Source: Bigelowiella natans CCMP2755 (Eukaryota; Protista; Cercozoa). Taken from it: a stretch of 55,211 bases of DNA. The stretch spans positions 1 to 55,211 of the forward strand of contig ADNK01002201.1 in assembly GCA_000320545.1 (NCBI GenBank). The letters are read 5' to 3'. The position numbers and the translations under genes were made by a program. The notes below the pieces were generated by a model. It searched no databases and had not been told where the DNA came from. It saw only the letters and a program-made list of their open reading frames with translations. Of this stretch, positions 30,947-42,028 are shown piece after piece (positions within the stretch are counted from its first letter, which is position 1; each line of letters begins with the position of its first letter).

Positions 30947-30978
<32 letters not shown>

Positions 30979-30983
30979 CTAGT

Positions 30984-32617
30984 CTACTGCTTCGCGAAAG
31001 TAAGTTTCATCGCGTTCTGGGAGGTAATCTTAAAGTTCTGCAGGCCCTCCTTAGCAAGCGCTGACTCCTGTGCATCGTTGAATTCAATGAAGGCTATATC
31101 CGGCTTTCCATCCACCAGTCTAACTTCCTTGAAACCATCATATCTGTAACAGCAGAGAAGGACAAAAAAAGGAGGTGAGCATGGCATTGATGGAAGCTCA
31201 GCCTATCAATAGCGTTTTAACATGAGAGCAAATTCCGCCGAAATAATGACCCTCCTCTCCTCCCCTCTCTTCGAGACCCCCCTCCATTACTGTTTGAAAA
31301 GCGTCTCTAGCATTTTCTTTGTGGCTTGTGGCGGAAGATTTCTGGCGAAAAGGATTTTATTCGGCGGGGAGCTGTCCTCCTCCTCAGGTTCATCCGTCTC
31401 CATGGCTGGAGCACCTTCTCCTTTGGCGGTTGCTACTGCCGTTGTCTTCTGTACCTTGGGTTCTATCTTCATGTCTACAATAAAGGAGACGTTGCAGTGA
31501 GAAGAGGGGAGATCGTGGAAGGGGGGGGGGGAGGGTTTTGGGAAACAGTGAAAGGGTACAACGCTACAAGTTGCTTATCTGCATTGCGGACTACAAATGT
31601 TTGTGCTGTGCCCACAGCGTGATGATTCCCACTCCCACTAAAGAATAAAGGTACTGCAATTCTCTGCATTTGAAGGTAATACCGACCTCCCGAATTCATT
31701 TTTCTCTTTTCCCTTGGCACGTATGAGCCATCTCGCTTCGATATGATGTCCGATTTTTCCTTGGCATAAGAGAGGCGCTGCCAGGTTATTTACATCAGTA
31801 TATGCCATTGAGCAAAGTCCGGCAAGATCAAGGTGTATTTGTTCTATCCGGATGATTATGATGAAAATCGCCTGTTGATTCGTTGTTTTGTGGTGTGGAA
31901 GAAGCTGCATTTACCATTTTCTTCCCGAAAAAGTCGACGTTCTGCATCCCACGCACCGACTTTGTTGCTCCACTAAGGTCATCAAATACAATCCAAGCCT
32001 GGCCGCGTTTATTGCCCTTCTTTGAAGCGAAGACTTCCAATATATTTCCGAACTGCGAGAACGCGTGGTACAGATTTATCCGTAACTCTGATTATTTTGG
32101 AGAATAATTAATTACAATAGAACAACTATAAAGGTTTTTCATTTAATATGTGAGTGTTTGTGTGTGTGTAAGGTGCGTGGAACAAAACTTATTCTGATTT
32201 TTATTTTGGCTCATAGATGCTGTCCGATGCAAAAGTTAAAAATCCTCTAAATGTTAACTTAACTATAGGTTATGATGATTTCAATTTCGATGTGTTTCTC
32301 TCTGCGCTCGCTATTCGAAACCGATGGGGTGAGAGAAAGTGGCGTACTCATCAGGAAATCCCCACGCACTTTCTCTCCCGTTTATTTCGGACATGCTGTG
32401 TTTCATCTCTATTCTCCGACCACGCAAATTAGTGAAATAAATTTCGAGGTATCCCCCATCACTGCTCCTATTATTGCCCTGTCCCCGTCACAATTGAGCA
32501 GTTTGCTTTGTATTCTGCTACGGCTATCTAACCATCCGTACCGTCGCGTTTGAGCTTTTCGTTAAGGTTCTGGATGTAGATGGTCTGGTTGGGCCTCACC
32601 GCGTACACATTACTCAT
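30984..32617 (-). CDS. SNRPA/SNRPB2: Spliceosomal U1A/U2B''/SNF-family protein (two RRMs)
   Basis: MSNVYAVRPNQTIYIQNLNEKLKRD|ELRINLYHAFSQFGNILEV...RGQAWIVF...FFGKKM|RLSYAKEKSDII...PPNKILFARNLP...LFKQ|YDGFKEVRLV...DIAFIEF...MKLTFAKQ*. Confidence 0.95.
31649..31660 (-). promoter_or_regulatory. Candidate intronic U2B''/U1A binding element AUUGCAGUACCU
   Basis: Sense-strand 12-mer identical to the human U2 snRNA stem-loop IV loop as I recall it, about 26 nt downstream of a 5' splice site in the U1A/U2B'' gene. Confidence 0.45.
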
Positions 32618-33419
32618 CGTGGAACGTGGGGGAAGAGAGGGAGGTGACCCCTACTGATATATATACAGTGTTGCTTGCTTGCAATGGCTCCCGCGGGCAG
32701 TCTTCGGGCTTCAGCTTGCTGCTTTCAGGTCTTAAAAACGACAATATGCCCCTCTCGATTCCGTTGAGAATCCTATTAAAGCATAAACGTAGCATACGAC
32801 AATTAAAGAAACTAGTCTCTTCATCTAATTTATAAGGCATTCAGTCTTCTGATTGTTAAGCACCCTATTTTGAAATCAGGGTGCTGGAATTTCCTCCAGC
32901 AATTATCATCTACATATTATTCAGACGTAGCTTTAAATAATATAGCATTTTGAATTAATATTATGCATAAATACTCCGTTTTGGTAATATTCAACGGAAT
33001 ATCATGACGCGTTGAAAATTCTATCTATCTGGAGATTCAGTGCAGCCTTTGAGTTCCAATACGAGTCGATAAACTGTATTGTAGCTTATTAATCGATTTA
33101 TTTTTTGAGTACGACATCGAATTTTTATCTCAATGATTTATTATGTCATATAATTATGTACATATTAGTATTTATTTCTCTTCTCGGAGGCCTGAATATT
33201 TCCCACGCAAGTGGCGGAGAGTGCCGCTTTTTTTAAAGTTTGGAGGCCATATTCTGCGCAGAGCTTGTCGGCGGATAAGAACGTGTAAAATCACCTGCGT
33301 TTAGAGCTCTATCGGCACGTGTCTTTTGTCTCCTGCGACATGAAGTTTTCTTCAAAAGACAACAGATCATTGTCTAATTCTCTACTGCGACAAGGTAGCT
33401 GCCTCCCCAATCCAACTGG

Positions 33420-35060
33420 GCACGTGCATGCTTGTTTGCTCATTCTTCAATCGATGCGTGCGAGTGCATCGAATCACCACAATTGACATTTTACCTGCAA
33501 TGCGCAATGGCGCAACGCTTTGAATCATTCATGAGCGAAGTAGACATGTGTTTTGCGAAACGCGGCCTGATCGAACCCGATCCACGCGACGTTCAGTGCA
33601 CACGGTGGCACGTCGTTCGGCTGGTTGTTGACCACTCCAGCACTGCACGACTGTCTGCGAGCTAGCTGCAATGTGAGGGCTCGTGCGTGACCTGCGGGTG
33701 ACATGAGCACACAATTGCCACTTGTACTAGGACGCTTGAAATTGCAGAAAGATTCGTCAAATCCTTGTCTTGGAATTCATTCTCGTCGTTCACCCCTCTG
33801 GCCCTCCTCACTCCTCGCTAGCTAGCTGGGCACTTCTGATGATGGCATCCTGGCATCCTCTCTTAGTCCTCTCAGCTGCACCATTGAAATTGCTTCGTCC
33901 CACAGCCATGACATATAGAAATGTAGAAATCTACAGGCGTGTGCATGCCAGCATGCTGGCATGCTGGCATGGCTAGATGGTTCTGGCACACACATGGACA
34001 TCGCGCGAACATTTCATGTGAGGTGGTTGGGTTCATGCGTAGCACATGCAGGTCAATGCACATCCAGACGTGTGCACGTGTGTCCATGTCTAGATGTGCA
34101 CGATGTGTTGTGTGTGCTTTTTAGTTGATGTCGCGAAGAGCATCTGGCAACACAAATTTGTTTGATGCATGCGCATTCATGAAAGAGGAAAGAGCACATC
34201 TAGACATGCTAGCATGTGTGCAGAAGGAACACTCAGAACAAACGAAAACACTGGTGAATCACTTGCAATCACATTGCACGCGTGCACACACGCTGGCACG
34301 CCTGCAGCTAGACAGCCATGAAGTCCACAGGTCGTTCAACGATCAACATTGTTCACTCAATTTGAGCCGCCATGCAGCTGAACTGTGTGTCACGTCCAAC
34401 CATGCTAGCATGTGCAGTCCGACTAGACGACATGATGATGTGACACGATGCCTGCGACTTGCATGTGATGCGCGTGTGTGGTGCACGCCCCGCTAGATCG
34501 ATCGCACCTGCAGACTCCAGAGACTTGCTGCTGGCAGCCCATCTAGCCATGTACAGTTTTTCTAGCCACTTGTGTCTTTCTAGCTTTGCCATGCTGCAAG
34601 TGCGGCGCAGCAACAGCGACAACATCCGTGGGCACCCTCTAGCCCTGTGCGCCATGCACAGCATCGAGGTGTTTTCTTCTAGTCTGCAATTAGCTAGGGC
34701 ACCCTCTGCTAGCTAGCCCTGCACGCTGTGCACAGCATCGAGTTGTTTGCTTCTTCGCCGTCTGCGTCGACCTGCTAGCAGATGTTGCATTGGTTCTCAT
34801 TGCCATGCGATGTCTGGACGGGCCTTGACCACATGCCGCTCATCGCATGAATGTACCTTCTTCACAGATTAGCTACAACATGTTACCCCCATGTGTTGTG
34901 CCAATGCAACCGTGTGCACGTCGTAGAAAACGCACAAGCAACTACAATGAAGATTTGCAACGGTCCGCCATTGGTCGGCACGACGGCCAAAACACTCTAG
35001 AACTGTTCGATCATCAGTCGTAACATCTACTTCGATGCTGAAAGCATGCAACAAAGTGCG
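33420..35060. other. TpA-depleted, CTAG-enriched intergenic zone containing a short tandem duplication
   Basis: In 34141-34800 I count 17 TA, 15 of them in CTAG. ORFs here are Cys/His/Met-rich and Tyr-poor. Confidence 0.85.
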
Positions 35061-35138
35061 GTGACACATTTCACGCTCGCCTAGTATAGCGACTATCATT
35101 TATAGGGTCGAAGTAATTCTTGTTTTGTTGTACTTTCA

Positions 35139-35418
35139 TTAGAGTTTCGAGCGAACTTGCAACTTTCGCCTCTCTTTGTAGCTTTCGTTTTGTTGCATTG
35201 CATAGAAGAAATCCTCTGCGAGTGCACTGGCTGGTCCTTCGGAGCCGGGTTCATACGCTATTGGGGGCAACGAGCGTTCGAGATCGTGTAGGAGAGGCGT
35301 GAAGATGCTCCACGAGAGCACGAGCTCATCCTCACGGACAAAAGAAGAATTCCGCCCGCTAATTAACGTGTGCGTACGTGCACACGCACACGCACACAAG
35401 CAATGTATTATATATATA

Positions 35419-35461
<43 letters not shown>

Positions 35462-36180
35462 CTATATATATTAATATATGCTATAGATTTATTTTTCTGA
35501 GGCACATACACATGAAGAACGACGGAGAAAACAAAATTTGCTGGTAGAATCTCTCACTGTACAAGAAATGAATACCTGATTACATCACTGATGAGCACAG
35601 CATATGCTGATTTCAACCCGCTACTTCCAGGTAATGCCGATCCCGTTTTTCCTTCTTCTCTCTCACACTCCTTTGTCTCTACTTGGGACGACGAAAGCAA
35701 GTGAACACAGCTGTTTGACTCCCCCTCCCTGATGCCATGTATCCAGATACCCTATTATTATGACATTGTTCGATCAACCATGAACGACAGAATAGAGTCA
35801 AATTTCTCCGAATAGACAACAAGGCATGTATCGCTCCCACCCCCCCCTCCCCTTATTTGCTAATTCTTTCCCATCACGCACCATTTCGGGCTGGATGCCA
35901 ATCCGAATCTCGGAGACGCTAGCGAAACCCGGGATGCCCAGAGCTTTGCGGGATTCTGGGTTGATCGCGAGGAGAATCTCGCACTTCCGCGACCCGAGGC
36001 ATTTCCCGCAGCGAAGAAAGACCGGGATTCCCGCCAGGCTGGGCGTGTCGACGCTGAGCTTCAGCATCGCGTATGTCGCTGTCGAGCTGTTGTCCGGTAC
36101 GCCCTTGTCCTCCTGAGTGCACGTTTGGTAGGAAGAATGCGCATGCGTTGTTTCGGCCTGTCTGGCTGTCTCTGTCTGTA

Positions 36181-36223
<43 letters not shown>

Positions 36224-38680
36224 ATCGTAGAGCTAGTTTTGCCTCCGCGTGCCACGATCAAAACCGGAGGAAGGATGGCTTCGATTTCGGATAGCAAGAA
36301 TATGATCTTTTGGCAGGGCGCATAACAAGGCTGGCGTGGTGGCACCCGATCGCAACCGACCTAACGGCGTGTGATCTGGAGTCGTACAGGCAGTAATGCG
36401 CTTGTACCTTATAGCCTCTGTACTGGCCTACGAGCGCGTCCCGAGGGGAAATGACACGGATTGATTTTAGAACATTCACCTATTGATCCAAGATCAGCGT
36501 TTATGACGACGACGTGCACACGTATTCGAGAAACGTGCTCCGAAGGAGCATCGATCATGCGGTGCGGGGCGAGGCAGCACTGCTCGTGCATTCTCTATCA
36601 CCATTAATTACCATCTGGATGGTATGACGACCTTAGCTTGTCGAATCGTCTCTGGCCCTCCCCCCCCTCCTCCTCCTCCTCCCCCTCCTCTTCCTCCTCC
36701 TCTTCCTTGCTCTTCTTCCATGCACGCCAGTGTCAGGATCTGCATCAGGTGGTTCTGTGCGATGTCTCTGATGATGCCGAATGAGTCAAAGTAACCCCCT
36801 CTTCCCTCCACTCCAATGTCCTAAATAAACAGAAAATACTATATATATATATATATATATATATATTATCGGTATGCGAAAGCCTAAGAACACTGGCGAT
36901 TCACTTTTATTCTAAATCATCTTCTTACTTATTCGTCTTATGTAAGCTCTGCTATTATAATATTTATTCCATGCGGACAAAGCCCCCCCCCCCCCCTCTC
37001 TCTCTCTCTCTCTCTTCTCTATTATTCAGCACGTACGAAATACATGCACATCCATTCATTCAATTTTGAGTATGAAACTCCATTGGCTCCATAGCACCTC
37101 TTCCCAGTTGACAATAAGCGAACTCAGCATGCGCTCCCTACACAGTGCCCTTGACAGCCATGAGTATCTGCATATGCGTGTGCATGTATACGCGGATATA
37201 CATGTAAATCAGGATGGTAATGATGACGTGACATTCTTTTCGTCTTCTCGCAAGCTTTCCAAACAGGGCGCAACATAAATAAATACTCAATGCTTTTGGA
37301 TGTCGATAACGATCAGACAGGCCGCTTGGGAGTACTTCCTTAACGGCGCACACGCGAAACAGATCGTGCAATTGTCACCTCTGTTTATAGGCGGAGATCC
37401 TCCTCACACCTGTCTTTCCGAGGTAGTGGTCGATGCGATAGAGCTGGTGCTCTCTGAACAGCCTCTTCAGGCCCAACGAGAGTTTCTGGTACGACTCCAG
37501 GTCTTTTCCAAAAGGCTTCTCCACAACGACTCGATTCCACCTAGAAAAGGATAGCGAAAGCGTGTGATTGAAATGATACATGTGTTGTGTGCCATGTAGA
37601 ACTGTGCAGGAAGATTTGTGCAGGCATGATTTGTACATGCTGCGTGCGCCTGGCAGTATTTGTTTGCTGTATGATAGATATCTGGGGGGAAGCATGAAGC
37701 GTGCAGCAGAGGATGAAGTGATGGCACTTGTGTGGCGATAGGCAACCCACCCCTTCGTGGTTAGCCCCCTTTCTTTTACAATCTTGCCGACAACTAAACA
37801 GCACAGGTTGTAGGCGTAAGTGCGGGTCAAACCATACATTTCACGACCACATCACAGGCAATTCGGAATGTGATCTCTGACCATGAAATCTGGAGGGGGG
37901 AATGGCCATGTAGAACATCCGGTTTTCCTTCCTGCTCGAAGAAGTCTGCTCCCCCAAGCTTCCCAGAGCTGCAGCTAGGTCCTGATTCAGATGGAGAGAA
38001 CACGCAATGATGATGATGATGATGATAATGCGGAGGAGGATTATGACGACAACGACATCGATGCAGGGTAAAGAAAGTTTGGAGCCCCTCTCGATAGCTG
38101 GCTTTACTATCTTCCCTATTTCACTCCAGGGCTCTGACCTTCGGTAAATGATATTGGCCAACACGATAGACGCAAATGGAGAGAAATTGATCGACACTTT
38201 CGACGGTTCCTGAAGGAATACGGAAAGTAGCCCATGTTTGCAAGGAGTATGGGAGATGTGAGTGGAAGGAACAAACGACCTTTAAGATACGGCCTGATCT
38301 GCGCCCGGAATGATTCATCAGTCTTCTTTGATCTTGCATACCCGCAAATTAAAGCTGTGCACATGAACATCGTGGCTCAAAGGAACGTATTTATTCCGTT
38401 CCATGCTTTGGTTTAGTCATCAGCATAAAATTTCAACACATATTAACGTTAGTGAAAGACTTTTCGCTCCGAGACGGCGATTTGTGTACAGCTCGAATAG
38501 CGCCGGATACGTTTTCTTCTTAGCTAGGTCCCCGGACGCCTACCCCGACAAGACCACACACAAACGGAAAGTCCGTGCACGTGAGCCTTTCAATTCTACA
38601 TCGGATAAATCACAGGCAAGCTGCAGACAAACCCCAAAAACCACGATCGTGAGCCTCTCCGAACGAGATCCGACGTCCAT
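35139..38680 (-). CDS. G6PD: Glucose-6-phosphate 1-dehydrogenase, multi-exon, C-terminal SKL
   Basis: TIVVFG|[15 protein letters not shown]; ICGYARS; [10 protein letters not shown]; W|[12 protein letters not shown]; YRIDHYLGK; [27 protein letters not shown]; VGQY; [10 protein letters not shown]; [19 protein letters not shown]; YEPGSEGP. Confidence 0.96.
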
Positions 38681-39206
38681 TCTAAGCTTGAAACTCTTTT
38701 TTTAAAAATGAATTAGATGAATAAGAATCCCTTTCTTCATTTGTCGCAGGGTAGTAATTGCCTGCATTGCTTCTCCGCCAACTTCGGTTCCGTTCGGACG
38801 GAGACGCATACCGTTTTGTCGATGCGACAATCTTTGTTATCTGTCGTCTGGACCAATGTCGGTGCTCGAGCAAGAAAGTCATCAGCAGCCTACTTCTGAT
38901 TGTCGCTGATCATCTCCGAATTCAAATTGGTTTGGTTCGAAAGACTTCGGAATGAATTTGTCGTAGATCGAAGAATCTCGTGCAAAAATGTCCGCAACCG
39001 GCACGAACGACACATCTGATGTGAAATCCACTCAAGGCCAATTATCGCAAGTCTTTTGTCAAAAATGCCAGAACCAAGGCGACAAATAGGAATTTTAACA
39101 CGGAAAAGATCAACCTTACAGCTCGTGCAATCTTTCTTCGGTCCCCCCACATTGCCGGTGGCCAGTCCACCCCCATCGTCACAGTGATCACAGAAACAGT
39201 GGGACA

Positions 39207-39592
39207 ATGTCTGACATCTTTGAAGCAGTAAGTAACAACGATCTCGCTCGTTTGAAGCGTTTAATTGAGCAAAAGGCTAACATCGAGGCGAAGAACAATG
39301 GCGGTGGGTAGCAGCAGCAGCATTGCTATTAGGCAGTACAAGCTGTAGTTGCAGCATTGGGTGAATGATAGAAGAGTTGATGAATTTTCAGTAGCAGTAG
39401 GACGTGTATATTATTATTATTATTAGTAGTAGAAGTAGTAGTAGTGGTGGTGGCGGTGGTGGTAGTAGTAGCAGTAGGGTAGAAATAGTAGTAACAGGAT
39501 TGGGGAGTGAGTAAGAGGAGTAGCATTTTAGTAGCATTGAGTCGTGAGTAACAGGACTTGTCACTTGAGTATTAGTAGTTGTAGTAGTGTTG

Positions 39593-39625
<33 letters not shown>

Positions 39626-40657
39626 TTAGAAAAGAGCACACAGGAAGTTAGCTATGGATGTTGGTTGTGGTTCATCACGGGTCTTGAAAACTTGCAGAGG
39701 TTGATCATTAGATGTTTGTTTGAGGACAATCGTTGATATTACATGCACGTATTTGTTTTGTTTTTGCGTTTAAAATGGGATCGCATACCACAAGGTGAAA
39801 CGCCGTTGATTTTGGGATCTTACCATGGTCATTTGGAGATCGTCAAGTACCTGGTTGGTATGAAGGCAAACATCGAGGCGAAGGACAATGACGGTGGGTA
39901 GCAGCTGCAGCATTGCTAGCATTTAGGCAGTAGTTGCAGTGTTGGATGGATGATAGTAACATCATTTGTTGGTAGCATTAGCAATAGTGGTACTAGTAAT
40001 AGTTCTGAGCAGTGAGTAGGAGCAGTAGGAGTTGTGTTAGCATTGAGTATTGAGTAGCAGGACTAGTAAAGTGAGTATTGATATTGGTAGACGTAGTAAT
40101 ATTAGCCTTACAGGAATCAATTAGATAATTATTTGTTGATATTGCATGCACATGTGTTATTGTTGTTTTTCCGTCTAAAATGGGATCGCATACCACCAGG
40201 GAATACGCCGTTGATTTGGGGTTCTTGCAATGGTCATTTGGAGATCGTCAAGTACCTGGTTGGTAAGAAGGCAAACATCGAGGCGAGGGACAATGACGGT
40301 GGGTAGCAGCTGCAGCATTGTTAGCATTTAGGCAGTAGTTGCAGTGCTGGGTGGATGAAAGTAATATTTGTTGGTCGCATGTGTTATTGTTGTTTTTTGT
40401 CTAAAATGGGATCGCATACCACCAGGTAGTACGCCGTTGATTTCGGGTTGTGACGATGGTCATTTGGAGATTGTCAAGTATCTGGTTGGTATGAAGGCAA
40501 ACATCGAGGCGAAGAGCAATGACGGTGGGTAGCAGCTGCAGCATTGCTAGCATTTAGGCAGTAATTGCAGTGTTGGGTGGATGATAGTAATATTGGTAAG
40601 TAGCAGTAGCAATAGGGATGTGAGTAATAGGATTGAGTAGTGAGTAGATAGTAATAC

Positions 40658-40692
<35 letters not shown>

Positions 40693-41129
40693 CTAGAATT
40701 AGCTATAACAGAAATAGTATACAAAGGGATTTGGGGGGGTTAGGGATTTGGGGGGGTTAGTAGGTTTGTTGAGTGTTTTGTGGTTGCATAATAGATTGTA
40801 GGCTGATTTGTTGGCTAGATGATGTAGGTTGATACTGCCGTTGTGCCATGCAATTGTTGTTTACTTTTTGCACTAGGCCAAACCGCATTGGACTGGGCTA
40901 ATGAGATGTGTCATAACGATATCGTTGATTTTCTTCTCAATGATGAAGAGATTCAGAAAATTCGTGATGAGGTTGAGAAGAAGGCAAAGCAAGAAGCCGA
41001 GGAGATGGAGAGGAGACGTAAAGAAGCTGAGAAAAAAGCCAGGCAAGAAGTTCGACAAGGCAGAAAATACTTTTCGTTCATGTCAATTTATTTTTGTGAC
41101 ACACACCCAATCACACATGCATGTGTGTA

Positions 41130-41171
<42 letters not shown>

Positions 41172-41351
41172 TACGTATGTGTGTGTGTGCGTGCGTGCGT
41201 GTGTGTGTGTGTGTGTGTGTGTGTAAATGATCACATCGTGTGATTTATCAGACAAGAGGAATTGAAATGCGCACAGAAGAAGGTAGGCCCGAATAGAACG
41301 GTTCAGGCTTAGAAGTAGCCGTTTCATATGCACATTATTCTCATAAACACA

Positions 41352-41385
<34 letters not shown>

Positions 41386-41477
41386 TCTTCTCTATATCCT
41401 CCTCCTGATGTATCTGAGTACTAGAAATTTATTTATATTGGAATCATCGTATTTGTTTTTTTTTGACTCACACCCGC

Positions 41478-41555
<78 letters not shown>

Positions 41556-41990
41556 GTTATTTATGTACATGATGTAATATGTGTATCCGACCCAAAATCT
41601 CTTCGCGCTTGCTTGATGTTAGTTAGCTAATGATGGCACTGCATGTTGAGTTGTGTCGTTTGATTAGTAATGATAGGATATTTACTTCCCGCGGTAGATC
41701 GATATTTTTCTTCGCGTATATTTTTAGTTATATATTCATTTATTGATTTATTTATATTTATTTTTGTCGTAGTGTCTTGTGTGAATATTGAGTCATGTTT
41801 TCGTCTTGATAAAGATATTATGATGCAGCATTTATGATTCCTACAATGCTAATGTTCGGATAGATTGTTATACTTTGAATCATATTCAGTAGCATGTGAG
41901 TCTTAGACACCTAGCTTGAGATTAGCTGGTCGCATCGTGTATATAATAAAGATAAGAGAATTACTATTCGGAGAGGAACGATGTATACTA

Positions 41991-42028
<38 letters not shown>

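Noticed and set aside
32840-33200. AT-rich stretch as a possible viral or virophage insert
   Set aside because: Short, with no ORF or terminal repeats; it sits upstream of the U1A/U2B'' start and is more simply promoter DNA.
33208-33235. Hairpin ggcgg-agagtg-ccgct followed by a T run (terminator-like)
   Set aside because: Only a 5-bp stem, a eukaryotic context, and no recognisable Pol III gene upstream.
34490-34800. Possible decayed ankyrin gene (…RARGCPRMLSLLL…)
   Set aside because: The resemblance is weak and the duplication period is ~67 nt, not 99.
39780-40560. Repeat-spacer look resembling a CRISPR array
   Set aside because: The repeats are spliceable ankyrin exons plus intron flanks with irregular 226-405 nt periods; there are no cas genes and the context is eukaryotic.
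40725-40760. 17-nt tandem agggatttgggggggtt, plus isolated TTAGGG/TTAGGA units at ~8816 and 16661-16680
   Set aside because: Too few units for an interstitial telomere; G-runs are common throughout these introns.
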